From Candidatus Brockarchaeota archaeon (GTDB taxonomy: Archaea > Thermoproteota > EX4484-205 > JAAOZP01): DNA of 64,000 bases. Shown here piece by piece: positions 9,180-18,090 of this stretch. The position numbers and the translations under genes were made by a program. The first letter of the stretch is position 1; each line of letters starts with the position of its first letter. The notes below the pieces were generated by a model, which was given only the letters and a program-made list of their open reading frames with translations, was not told where the DNA came from and did not search any database. The stretch spans positions 52,903 through 116,902 of the forward strand of contig JAFNIX010000002.1 of the NCBI GenBank assembly GCA_017601225.1, written 5' to 3'.

Positions 9180-10556
9180 ATGGCTCTACTTGAAAAGAGT
9201 CTTGGAACATACATCTTATTGTCCAGTTTGCTTTTCTCAACCATACTCTACCCTTTTAGCACGAGGGGAGGCGGTGAGAAAGCGCAGCCATCTCACGATT
9301 ATCGGTTTGAAGAAGCAGTCGTGGAATCCAGGATGCGTAGGGGAATAAACATCGGGAATGCTTTGGAAGCACCTAGGGAGGGTGAATGGGGGGTTTACAT
9401 TAGGGACGAGTATTTCAAGATAATAAAGGAAGCAGGCTTCGACACCGTTCGAATACCAATAAGATGGTCAGCTCACGCTGAGAACAGCCCACCATATAGG
9501 ATTGACGAAGCCTTCTTCAAAAGGGTGGATTGGGTTGTGAACAAGTCCTTGGAACAGCATCTTACCACCATAATAAATATTCACCACTATGAGGAGATAA
9601 TGCAAGACCCGTTGGGTCACAGAGACCGTTTCAAAGCCTTATGGAGCCAGATATCTGAGCACTATAAGGGTTATCCTGAAACGCTTTTCTTCGAGCTTCT
9701 AAACGAGCCTTACGGCGAGCTGACTGATGAGAAGTGGAACATGCTTACCAGGGAGACCGTTGAAATAATAAGAAGAACCAACCCTACGAGAAAAATAATC
9801 ATAGGTCCAACAGGGTGGAACAGCGTTTACAATCTTAAGGGGCTGGTTATTCCTGAGGATGAGAACATTATCGTCACCTTCCACTTTTACACCCCCTTCG
9901 AATTCACCCATCAGGGAGCAGAATGGGTCAATCCCTCCCCCACCGTTGGCAGGAAATGGCTTGGAACACAGGACGAGAAGAAACAGATTACGGATGAGTT
10001 GAACATGGCTGTCGAATGGGCAATGCAGCACGGCAACGTTTCCCTCTTCATGGGCGAGTTTGGAGCATACGGTAAGGCAGACATGGTTTCAAGAGTGAGA
10101 TGGACACGTTTTGTCGCTAGAGAGGCGGAGAAGAGGGGAATAGCCTGGTGCTACTGGGAGTTCTGCGCAGGCTTCGGAGCCTACGACCCGGATAGGGGGG
10201 AGTGGAAAACAGAGCTTTTGAACGCGTTGATCTCTGAGAAGCACTATGTTGCTGTTGAGACCGAGTATGGAAACGCTTTCGGCACAGGCTGGTATGATGA
10301 GGGTAGTTACGTGCAGATAGGGATTGATATTACAAGCTGGGGCTTCTATGTTTTCGACCATTTTGAAGGTCTGGGCCCTAAGGACAGGATTATAGATGAG
10401 ACGACTGTTGAAATCTACGTCGACGATTGCAGGATGATAAAGGCTGTTTGGAGAATAGACTATGTTAAACCGTTGACAATAGCCCTAATATGTTTCGCCG
10501 CATGTGCAGCAGCAACCCTGTATAAAAAGCGAGCCTTAAAAGCCTTTCATAATTAA
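9180..10556 (+). CDS. Secreted, C-terminally membrane-anchored glycoside hydrolase family 5 (cellulase-type)
   Basis: Signal-like N-terminus (YILLSSLLFSTILYPF), GH5 motifs FELLNEPYGEL and FMGEFGAY, an extra ~80-aa beta-rich module, then a C-terminal TM (LTIALICFAACAAATLY) followed by KKR. Confidence 0.85.
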   Translation: MALLEKSLGTYILLSSLLFSTILYPFSTRGGGEKAQPSHDYRFEEAVVESRMRRGINIGNALEAPREGEWGVYIRDEYFKIIKEAGFDTVRIPIRWSAHAENSPPYRIDEAFFKRVDWVVNKSLEQHLTTIINIHHYEEIMQDPLGHRDRFKALWSQISEHYKGYPETLFFELLNEPYGELTDEKWNMLTRETVEIIRRTNPTRKIIIGPTGWNSVYNLKGLVIPEDENIIVTFHFYTPFEFTHQGAEWVNPSPTVGRKWLGTQDEKKQITDELNMAVEWAMQHGNVSLFMGEFGAYGKADMVSRVRWTRFVAREAEKRGIAWCYWEFCAGFGAYDPDRGEWKTELLNALISEKHYVAVETEYGNAFGTGWYDEGSYVQIGIDITSWGFYVFDHFEGLGPKDRIIDETTVEIYVDDCRMIKAVWRIDYVKPLTIALICFAACAAATLYKKRALKAFHN

Positions 10557-10794
10557 CCAGCCTGTGGTTTAAAAACTAGTATTTGCATCCGAATTACGCG
10601 AATATATCAATAGAGGGCACTCGACGTAGAAAGCCTTGACCCTCAAATTATCGATATCCGTGGAGAAGACTTGCTTGAAGCGATGAAGAATAGGGCTGGC
10701 ACTAACTTTACCAAGAATCATGGCTCTTTATAATGCGGCCCACCCATTCATTCTTGTTTTCCCGCTTCCCTATTCGTCATATCGCATCGCTGCT

Positions 10795-12132
10795 TCACCT
10801 TCTTGTAGTCCAGAAGGTACTCCATCCGCCGAAATGCCCGCCGCTTTTAGAGTCCCCCGGTAGAAGATCCATATAGTTTTCAGCAACCTTCCTGAATGCT
10901 TGAGCATACTCTTCAATGATCTCAGGCCTGTAATGCTTGAACCATGGGACGGTGAAAACGCGCTCCTGCACGCTCTCTGAAACTGGGAGGCTACCCGGTG
11001 GCTGTCTCACATCAACACCCGGAGGAGAATTCGCTATGCGCGTCGGTCTACCCTGGTTGTAGACATCTATCTCGTTGAACAAGGGGTGTAAATGCAGCGG
11101 GAGGTTGCAGCCAGGGTAGCATGGGGCCCCCTCGGCCCTTACTGCTTCGCAGAACCGTTGAACAGACAGGCCTCCCAACTCCTCCGGATGGTAGATGCCA
11201 TGGGGCGCATACCACCCACCCTTGGTTGACCCAGAGTCTTTCGGAGGCCTATGGCTCCTGATCCCGGGGACGCCTTCAAGCAGGTCCCAAAAATAGTTCA
11301 TGGCTTTATCTATCTCAGCCATAAGCATCGGGTAATGCTTCAACTGGACACGGCCGACTGCCGAGGTTAACTGGTGCATCCTATACTTGTACCCTCCCCA
11401 GGGCAGCCCTGCTCCACGCTTAAGGTCCTCCAATGTTAAGACGAACCCGTGGCGCTCGTAATGGCCGAAGGCCACAGCCCTTTCATAAACCCGCCTGTCA
11501 TTCGTAGTCATCATTCCTCCCTCGCCGCAAGGCAGGGATTTGCCGGACATTAAGGAGAAGCCTGCAGCATCTCCAAGGGTTCCAACCATTCTACCCTTGT
11601 AAAGAGCACCATGGGCGTGGGAACAATCCTCAATCACCGTCAAGCCGTTTCTCTCAGCTATCTTCATTATTGCATCCATATCTGCCGGCATTCCCAGGTA
11701 GTGGACAACCATTATCGCCTTAGTTCTCGGAGTAACCCAGCGTTCAATATCCTTAGGATCGATGCAGAGCGTTTCAGGATCGATGTCGGCAAAGACAACT
11801 GTTCCACCGAGCGAGTATACCTGTAGGCAGGAGGCCCAGTAAGTGATGCTTGGACAAATGATCTCGTCCCCCTTCCCTATGCCTACTCCGAACATCGCGC
11901 TATGTAGAGCAGCGGTTCCAGTATTATGCGCTAACGCGTATTCCACGCCAAGCCATCTGGCGAACTCCTCCTCGAATTTTTGAGTCACATCTATGTCCGA
12001 CATTTTCCCAGCGCGAAGCACTTCTAAAACAGCATCCTCAACCTCGCCAGTTATAATTGGCCAAGCGAATATCTCTCTATGTTCAGATCCCACACTCTTA
12101 GGACCCCCTAAGAGGGCTAAACCGCTTTCCAA
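10795..12132 (-). CDS. DegT/DnrJ/EryC1/StrS-family PLP-dependent sugar aminotransferase
   Basis: Family pattern GDEIICPSITYWAS, DCSHAHGA and the Lys-containing SGKSLPCGEGGMM. Apparent TTG start at 12132. Confidence 0.75.
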   Translation of the reverse strand: MESGLALLGGPKSVGSEHREIFAWPIITGEVEDAVLEVLRAGKMSDIDVTQKFEEEFARWLGVEYALAHNTGTAALHSAMFGVGIGKGDEIICPSITYWASCLQVYSLGGTVVFADIDPETLCIDPKDIERWVTPRTKAIMVVHYLGMPADMDAIMKIAERNGLTVIEDCSHAHGALYKGRMVGTLGDAAGFSLMSGKSLPCGEGGMMTTNDRRVYERAVAFGHYERHGFVLTLEDLKRGAGLPWGGYKYRMHQLTSAVGRVQLKHYPMLMAEIDKAMNYFWDLLEGVPGIRSHRPPKDSGSTKGGWYAPHGIYHPEELGGLSVQRFCEAVRAEGAPCYPGCNLPLHLHPLFNEIDVYNQGRPTRIANSPPGVDVRQPPGSLPVSESVQERVFTVPWFKHYRPEIIEEYAQAFRKVAENYMDLLPGDSKSGGHFGGWSTFWTTRR

Positions 12133-12330
12133 CCTTTAAACAACAATTAATCTGTTTCAGCGGATAGTTAAATATTTCCGCTCCCATACTTTCACGCTGG
12201 CCTCGAATACTAGGATTCTACAACGCTCAGCATTCACAGACGTCTGAAACCAGCTTAGGGATACGCGTATCTTCCGTTGAAACTTCAGTTCGAATACTTA
12301 AATAGGTTGCTTCGCGCAGACTGTAAATCA

Positions 12331-13227
12331 ATGATCATTGATATTCACGCGCACTGTTCCCCCAGACGAAGCTGGCTTACCTATGATCCGGTTAAAGACC
12401 AGTATATACCGTGGATAACAGTGTCTGAACTCGTTAAAAGAATGAAGGAAGAGGGAATAGACATAACGGTGATTCTCCCACTGCCAAGCCCGGAAAGCAC
12501 CATAGAGCCAGTGACCAGCCGCGATGTTATAGAGTTCTGCAAGAAATACGGGAGCAGGCTAATCCCTTTCTGCAACCCGGATCCGAGGCTAAACGCCGGC
12601 TCGGAGAAAAGTCTAAGATTCATAATGGAGGAGTATAAAAACGAAGGGTGTAAAGGCGTGGGTGAGATAACTGCCAACATATACTTTGACGACCCAAGGG
12701 CCCTGGGCCTCTTCAGAGTTTGCGAGGAATTAGAGCTCCCCGTAATATTCCATATTGGTCCCCACCTAGGTGGCTGCTACGGCCTTGTGGATGAGCCTGG
12801 TCTGCCTAGGCTGGAGAAGTGTCTAAAAATGTTCCCAAGCCTGATATTCATAGGACACTCTCAACCATTCTGGGCTGAGATATCTGGAGACCTTAAGCCG
12901 GAGGATAGGAACAGTTACCCAGCTGGCAGGGTTGCTCCAGGCGGGAGGGTCGTCGACCTTTTCAGAAGCTATCAAAACCTTTACGGTGATCTTTCGGCCG
13001 GCAGCGGGTATAATGCTATTTCGAGGGACCCGGAGTTCGGAGTCCAATTCTTAGAGGAGTTTCAAGACCGGTTGATGTTCGGAACAGACTTGGACATGCC
13101 GGGTCAAAACATACCCCAACTGAAATACCTGCGCAGCCTGAGGGAAGAAGGAAAAATATCCAATGAAACTTATGATAAAATCATGTATAGAAATGCTGTG
13201 AGAGTCTTGAAGCTTGACTTAGAGTAG
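12331..13227 (+). CDS. Amidohydrolase-family metal-dependent TIM-barrel hydrolase
   Basis: MIIDIHAHC metal-binding HxH start, internal GHSQPF and a terminal GTDLD. The ATG at 12331 is preferred over the TTG at 12277. Confidence 0.7.
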   Translation: MIIDIHAHCSPRRSWLTYDPVKDQYIPWITVSELVKRMKEEGIDITVILPLPSPESTIEPVTSRDVIEFCKKYGSRLIPFCNPDPRLNAGSEKSLRFIMEEYKNEGCKGVGEITANIYFDDPRALGLFRVCEELELPVIFHIGPHLGGCYGLVDEPGLPRLEKCLKMFPSLIFIGHSQPFWAEISGDLKPEDRNSYPAGRVAPGGRVVDLFRSYQNLYGDLSAGSGYNAISRDPEFGVQFLEEFQDRLMFGTDLDMPGQNIPQLKYLRSLREEGKISNETYDKIMYRNAVRVLKLDLE

Positions 13228-13246
13228 GCACTAACACTTGTTCAAA

Positions 13247-14290
13247 TCAGGTTAACGGAAGCCTCACCATCTCGCTACTTTTACTGGACTGGTAGATGGC
13301 GTTGATGATTTCGATAGACTTCCTTCCCTCCTCGCCAGAAATCTTCGGCTCCCTGTCCTCCAAGACGGCTTGGGCAAAGTCCCTTATTGATGCTGCATGG
13401 TTCAACGGGGGCGCGGCCTCCGGCCTAGCCCATGTCTCCAAGCCTACCTTAGCCTCCTTCTCAGAATATGGTTTCTCCCCCTTTATGTCTAACAGTTTAA
13501 TCACTTCCCCCTCTATGATTGCTGTGCCATTCGTCCCGTATAACTCAAGCTCAGTTGGGAAACCGGGATAAAGTGCTGTGCTAGCCTGAACAAGGCCGAG
13601 AGCACCGTTCTTAAACCTTAGGGTAGCAACAGCAAGGTCCTCAACCTCTATGTTGTGGAAAACAGTGCCGCATTGAGCCCAAAGGTATTCTACAGGCCCC
13701 ATGATCCAGATGAGTTGGTCCAAGGTGTGAATAGCCTGGTTTATCAGTGCTCCACCACCCTCGGTGGCCCATCTCCCCCTCCAAGGGCTTTTATCGTAGT
13801 ATTCTCTCACCCTGAACCATTTTACGGTTGCCTCCCCATAGAAAAGCCTGCCCAGCCTACCAGTGTCCACCGCCTCCTTTACCTTGAGGACACTGGGGTC
13901 GAACCTACCCTGAAGGTTTACACCAAGCTTCACGCCAGCCCTCCTAGCCCTCCTTATCATCTCATCAGCCTCCCTTATGTTTATAGCCATGGGCTTGTCA
14001 ACAAGCACGTTTACACCGGCCTCTATGGCATCTATAGCCATAGGGAAATGAAGATAGTGCGGTGTTGAAATGAAAACAGCGTCAACCCTCTCCTTAACGA
14101 ATAAATCCCTATAGTTGAGAAAATACTTTATTCCGAACTCCTCAGCAGTTTTCTTAGCTAAATCCTCAACAACGTCGCTTACGGCAACCGGTTTGACAAT
14201 TCCCTCCTTCTCCTCGAGGAGCTTCATGGCGCGGAGGGCAAAGTTGGCCCCTACGCCGGCGCCAACTATGCCAAACCGAACCTGCTTCAT
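13247..14290 (-). CDS. Gfo/Idh/MocA-family oxidoreductase
   Basis: Rossmann start MKQVRFGIVGAGVGANF, STPHYLHFPMAIDAIEAGVNVLVDKPM core, and a C-terminal alpha/beta domain. Confidence 0.85.
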   Translation of the reverse strand: MKQVRFGIVGAGVGANFALRAMKLLEEKEGIVKPVAVSDVVEDLAKKTAEEFGIKYFLNYRDLFVKERVDAVFISTPHYLHFPMAIDAIEAGVNVLVDKPMAINIREADEMIRRARRAGVKLGVNLQGRFDPSVLKVKEAVDTGRLGRLFYGEATVKWFRVREYYDKSPWRGRWATEGGGALINQAIHTLDQLIWIMGPVEYLWAQCGTVFHNIEVEDLAVATLRFKNGALGLVQASTALYPGFPTELELYGTNGTAIIEGEVIKLLDIKGEKPYSEKEAKVGLETWARPEAAPPLNHAASIRDFAQAVLEDREPKISGEEGRKSIEIINAIYQSSKSSEMVRLPLT

Positions 14291-14405
14291 AGAATCTTTA
14301 TTTGAAAAACAGGCTTAAAAATATTAAACGGCTTATTCCCTGCAGCCTATGGGAACCGTGGTTTAAAAAAGCCCTGGTTTCTTCAGGCGGATATGTAACT
14401 GCAAA

Positions 14406-14675
14406 CTAGAGGGAGGCTTTCAATTTTTCAAGATACTCCTTTATGAACCTGAGGTTTTCAACCGTCTTAGGTATGAAATTCGCGTATGCTAAGCTCCCTC
14501 GATATCCTTCCTCAACGCCTTTTATAATTTCATCAATATTTTCCTTCGTAATATTTTTCAACTGTTCCTTCAGCATTTCTAAACCTTTTATAGCGTTACT
14601 AGCTTCCGAGGAGAACATCCTGTAGGGTTTCAACTCAGCTATGCATTCATCTATCTTAGACTCAACCTCAGACAT
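14406..14675 (-). CDS. Hypothetical small helical protein (89 aa)
   Basis: ORF only. Charged helical composition, co-directional with upstream genes. Confidence 0.4.
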   Translation of the reverse strand: MSEVESKIDECIAELKPYRMFSSEASNAIKGLEMLKEQLKNITKENIDEIIKGVEEGYRGSLAYANFIPKTVENLRFIKEYLEKLKASL

Positions 14676-14780
14676 TTAGACCACCACGTGTAAAGCGTTT
14701 TTGAAAGTATTAAATCTTACTTTCGAGAAAAACGTATAGAGAAACATGGTTTTTCATCCATATCGAAATAATCAGCGGGT

Positions 14781-14984
14781 TTAATCAAGCATATTTAGAT
14801 AGTTCTCCAATTCCAATACACGCAGTTTAACCCTGCTCAAGATTTCCCTCAGCTCCTCGAAGTCCCCGCGCGATAAAGCAGTATTGAGGCTCTGAACCAT
14901 CTTGGATAGTTCTTCAGCACACTCTATTGTCTGCTTAATTCTTCCACACCCTTCCTTTTCAGCCCGACTCGTCTCGTCCTGCAT
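14781..14984 (-). CDS. Hypothetical small helical protein (67 aa)
   Basis: ORF only. It overlaps the 3' end of the upstream gene by 26 nt. Confidence 0.35.
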   Translation of the reverse strand: MQDETSRAEKEGCGRIKQTIECAEELSKMVQSLNTALSRGDFEELREILSRVKLRVLELENYLNMLD

Positions 14985-15594
14985 TTTTAACCACCTGTAG
15001 CGCCACCTTATAAATGTCTCTCATGCTAGCCTCCTTGCTAATAATCCCAAAGCCAGCAGCAGCTGAACCCTGAAATGCCTCGTCCAAAGCCTTTAGAATA
15101 AGCCTATCAGCTACAGGCTTCTGCCTACCCATCAGCATGTTTACGATTAGAATAGCCTCTTCGTCTGAAGCTTTATTGAGAAGCCCGGTTAAGCTTTTAA
15201 CCTTGAAGGCGATGCTGCTCTTCCCGCTTATCCTACAAGTCTCAAGCATCCCAAGATAAGCCTGGTCTATGCTCAACCCCTTCTCGAGAAGTGTGCTGCT
15301 CCTCCTGCTTAAAACATCCTTCAGTCTCCCGGATTGCACTAATCCTTCAGCAACATCCTGTTTGAGAAGCGTTATTCCGGCTAAGGCTTCTGAAACTATT
15401 CTTTTTAACAAGTGTGTCCCGATAAGCCTTGAAGCCTCTCCGAAATCCATCCTCATTATCCTGAGAAGTGTTTCGATGCAATTGGCGTCAACCTTTTTAA
15501 ATAAGGCTGCGATCTCACGGACAGCATCCTGCTCTTCCAACATGCTCAACCGGTTGAGCACCTCAGCCACGTCCCTGAACCCCCTGCTCCCCAT
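14959..15594 (-). CDS. Stand-alone homolog of the ATP-dependent DNA ligase N-terminal DNA-binding domain
   Basis: From memory it is collinear with archaeal LigA N-terminal domains: F..VAEVLNRL start, LIGTHLLKRIVS versus LGIGEKFLIKAIS, and GLSIDQAYLGMLETCRISGKSSIAFKVKSLTGLLNKASDEEAILIVNML versus LTVDEVY..L..A...G.GS...K...L..LL.KA.P.EAKFLVRF. It ends where the adenylation domain would begin. The ATG at 15594 avoids overlap with the upstream gene. Confidence 0.5.
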   Translation of the reverse strand: MGSRGFRDVAEVLNRLSMLEEQDAVREIAALFKKVDANCIETLLRIMRMDFGEASRLIGTHLLKRIVSEALAGITLLKQDVAEGLVQSGRLKDVLSRRSSTLLEKGLSIDQAYLGMLETCRISGKSSIAFKVKSLTGLLNKASDEEAILIVNMLMGRQKPVADRLILKALDEAFQGSAAAGFGIISKEASMRDIYKVALQVVKNAGRDESG

Positions 15595-15595
15595 A

Positions 15596-16117
15596 TTACT
15601 GGAACTCCTCATACAGGATCTTCATGCTTATAGGCGGCGGGGGTCGGCCGCGGGGCGCCGAATCCGAATAACCCAAGGGAGTGAGTGAAACCGCCCTATA
15701 TCCTTTAGGAGCGTTGAGAATCTCTTCAACCCGTCTCTCGTCAAAAGCGCCGATCCAGCATGTTGACAACCCTAGGCTTGTGGCAGCCAGCATAAGGTTC
15801 TCCATAGATGCGCCAACGTCCAGAATACTGTAGAGTTCAATCCCCCTCTTCCCGTATGCCGAAGCCTCTTCCAGCGAAACCAAGTACACTATCACGATGG
15901 GGGCTTGAGATATGAAAGTCTGGTTTAAAGCAGCCTCAGCGATCCGCCTTATCTTATCCTCATCCGTTACGACAACTATCCTGTAGGGATGTATGTCTCC
16001 CGCTGAGGGAGCCATGAGGGCTGCTTCAAGAACCCTGTTGACCAGTTCTTTAGGAACCGGTTTCTTTAAGAACGACCTCACGCTCCTCCTTTTCGAGATG
16101 CATTCAAACGTGTCCAA
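15596..16117 (-). CDS. Nitroreductase-family protein
   Basis: RRSVRSFLKKPVPKELVNRVLEAALMAPSAGDIHPYRIVVV is a canonical nitroreductase N-terminus. Confidence 0.85.
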   Translation of the reverse strand: MDTFECISKRRSVRSFLKKPVPKELVNRVLEAALMAPSAGDIHPYRIVVVTDEDKIRRIAEAALNQTFISQAPIVIVYLVSLEEASAYGKRGIELYSILDVGASMENLMLAATSLGLSTCWIGAFDERRVEEILNAPKGYRAVSLTPLGYSDSAPRGRPPPPISMKILYEEFQ

Positions 16118-16220
16118 CGCTTGAAGAAAATCTTACCGTTGAAGATAAGGTTTTCCATTAACAGGCCTACTCCAGTCTAAGAAAAAACCCCTCTTCCTAT
16201 TAGTTTAGCCCGTTCTCCGG

Positions 16221-16541
16221 CTAGAGTATTGTTATGTTTCTTTCCGAGAAGCCGTTTTTAGACAAATAGTTGTAGACCTTCTGCCTGTGGTCGCCCTGAA
16301 GCATTATAACGTTATTCTTAACGGTTCCGCCGCATGCGCAGTAAGTTTTAAGCTTCTTAGCAAGGCCGGCTAAGTCCACCTCCTTCGGATCAATGCCTTC
16401 GACTATAGTCATCTGCTTGTTCCACCTCGTCACCTCAAGCCTTATTGTAATTATCTGCTCCTCCTTACTTAGCTCCTCGAAAATTTCCTTGTCGTCAAAC
16501 GGCTTTATCCTTTCACCTAACGTTTCCTCTATCCCTACCAT
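16221..16541 (-). CDS. Translation initiation factor aSUI1 (eIF1 homolog)
   Basis: SUI1 pattern: IRLEVTRWNKQMTIVEGI, LAKKLKTYCACGGTVKNNVIMLQGDHRQKV. Confidence 0.85.
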   Translation of the reverse strand: MVGIEETLGERIKPFDDKEIFEELSKEEQIITIRLEVTRWNKQMTIVEGIDPKEVDLAGLAKKLKTYCACGGTVKNNVIMLQGDHRQKVYNYLSKNGFSERNITIL

Positions 16542-16614
16542 TTAGGCTTTGTTCGTAGAAAGATTCTCCAGGATGCTTAAAAACCTTTTCAACCCCGCGG
16601 ATAAAAAAGAACCT

Positions 16615-17031
16615 TCAGGTTTCAACCCTAGCCTCCTCAGCTTTAAACTCGAACACGATGTCCCTTAGACTATCCGCAATCGCTTTTAAACGCTCCTTCA
16701 ATGGGTAGTTCTTGTCAATATCCGCAATAACCTCCCACTCAGCCAGTTTACCTGGCACCAGGGTTGTTGAGCTCGTTGCCACGAGGTTTATTCCTGATGA
16801 AGCGAGCATGTTAGCAACCTTCGCCAATGAGCCTGGTTGATCAGATATTTTGAAAACTATTCTGACGAAGTTGCCGCCCTGCCGGGCGGGCATCAGCGTG
16901 AAAACGTTTCTCTCAGAATCATATGTTCCAACGGTCTCGGACTGCGGCCTAAGCCCCATAAGGTCTCTAACGGCTTGAGGAATAAGTATTCTACCCCTAT
17001 CATCTATTTTAAGCAGGTATGTTTTCGGCAT
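16615..17031 (-). CDS. AbrB/SpoVT-type DNA-binding domain fused to an ACT domain
   Basis: N-terminus KIDDRGRILIPQAVRDLMGL is a swapped-hairpin AbrB/MazE motif. C-terminus VRIVFKISDQPGSLAKVANMLASSGINLV is an ACT-like ligand-binding motif. Confidence 0.7.
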   Translation of the reverse strand: MPKTYLLKIDDRGRILIPQAVRDLMGLRPQSETVGTYDSERNVFTLMPARQGGNFVRIVFKISDQPGSLAKVANMLASSGINLVATSSTTLVPGKLAEWEVIADIDKNYPLKERLKAIADSLRDIVFEFKAEEARVET

Positions 17032-17035
17032 TCTT

Positions 17036-17052
17036 GCCTCCTCTTAGGAGGC
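17036..17052. promoter_or_regulatory. Perfect inverted repeat GCCTCC-TCTTA-GGAGGC in the divergent AbrB-ACT/hisC intergenic region
   Basis: Read directly from the sequence. On the minus strand, the half nearer the AbrB-ACT gene is a GGAGG Shine-Dalgarno-like element a few nt upstream of the AbrB-ACT ATG (17031). Confidence 0.45.
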
Positions 17053-17062
17053 TTGGGAAAAG

Positions 17063-17070
17063 CTTATAAA
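17063..17070. promoter_or_regulatory. TATA-like box CTTATAAA (TTTATAAG on the minus strand), candidate shared divergent promoter element
   Basis: It lies 31 nt upstream of the hisC ATG (17101) and 32 nt upstream of the AbrB-ACT ATG (17031). It is the only A/T-rich octamer in the 69-bp spacer. Confidence 0.4.
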
Positions 17071-17100
17071 CATGTGGGTCTCCAATGGAACATCATTCCC

Positions 17101-18090
17101 ATGATATTCCCACTAAGGCCTATACGCCTAGACACGAACGAAAACCCGTTCGGCCCTTCTCCCAGGGCTATAAATGCCTATTTTAAGACGGCTATGCGTC
17201 TAAACAGGTATCCGGACTACGTTGAGTACAGAGAGTTTATCTCCAGCCGTCTAGGGCTAAAGCCACGGGAGGTTCTTCCAACACCAGGTAGCGACAGAGG
17301 GCTGCAGACCCTGCTGCAATGCTTGTCGAAAAACTACGCACGCATCGTAATCCCTTCACCAGCCTTCCTTATGTACACACGTTTCTCCAAGCCTTTCTTC
17401 AACAGAGTTGAGCAGCCTCCTTCTTGGCTTGGCAGGGGCTGGGATGCAGTCTTCAGCCTTTCAGGAAGCGACGCTGTCCTATTGTTAGGATCGCCAAACA
17501 ATCCGACGGGGGAGGTTGTTGAAGAGAGCATTGTAAGAAGGTTTCTGGAGGAATTCGGGATGGTTATTGTGGATGAGGCCTATGTTGAGTACTACGGCAA
17601 AAGCTTCGTCTCACTTCTACGCGGCTTCAGCAATCTAGTGTTAGCCAGGACTTTTTCTAAAGCATACGGGTTAGCGGGCTTAAGATCCGGGTATCTTTTA
17701 GGTGAAAGCTCTGTTTTAAGAGAAGTTGAGAAAGCCATGGGGCCTTTCGATGTTCCAGCTCCGGCTGTGGAGGCTTCTAAGGCAGCTTTCGAGGATGAAA
17801 ACTGGCTTAGAATGGTTGTTGAATCAACCTCCCTGAACAGGACCTACATGGTTGAAACGTTGAACAGGCTTGACGGCGTAAGGACGTGTGATTCCAAGGC
17901 GAATTACGTCCCGATCTATGTCGAAGAAGCTCGAAGAGTATTTGAGAAGCTTCTTGCCGAAAATATAAGGGTGCGTTTAGTGACACCTGAGTGGGGGGGA
18001 GTTGAGGAACCGTTTCTCAGAGTCACGGTTGGAACCATGGTTGAGCTGAAATGCTTCCTCGATGCTTTAGGGAGGATTCTGGCAAGTTGA
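17101..18090 (+). CDS. hisC: Histidinol-phosphate aminotransferase
   Basis: LDTNENPFGPSP and the PLP-lysine motif TFSKAYGLAGLRSGY. The ORF-track start at 16837 would overlap the convergent-strand AbrB-ACT gene, so the ATG at 17101 is preferred. Confidence 0.9.
   Translation: MIFPLRPIRLDTNENPFGPSPRAINAYFKTAMRLNRYPDYVEYREFISSRLGLKPREVLPTPGSDRGLQTLLQCLSKNYARIVIPSPAFLMYTRFSKPFFNRVEQPPSWLGRGWDAVFSLSGSDAVLLLGSPNNPTGEVVEESIVRRFLEEFGMVIVDEAYVEYYGKSFVSLLRGFSNLVLARTFSKAYGLAGLRSGYLLGESSVLREVEKAMGPFDVPAPAVEASKAAFEDENWLRMVVESTSLNRTYMVETLNRLDGVRTCDSKANYVPIYVEEARRVFEKLLAENIRVRLVTPEWGGVEEPFLRVTVGTMVELKCFLDALGRILAS

Noticed and set aside
16837-17100. N-terminal 88-codon extension of hisC suggested by the ORF track
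   Set aside because: The extension overlaps the well-supported AbrB-ACT gene on the opposite strand and has no HisC-like sequence. The ATG at 17101 gives a family-typical N-terminus just before NENPFGPSP.
18051-18086. ATG at 18051 as the hisG start
   Set aside because: It would add 12 residues (MLPRCFREDSGK) overlapping the hisC 3' end, with no similarity to HisG N-termini. The in-frame TTG at 18087, overlapping the hisC stop, fits the operon-wide pattern. This is unproven, so both starts are mentioned.
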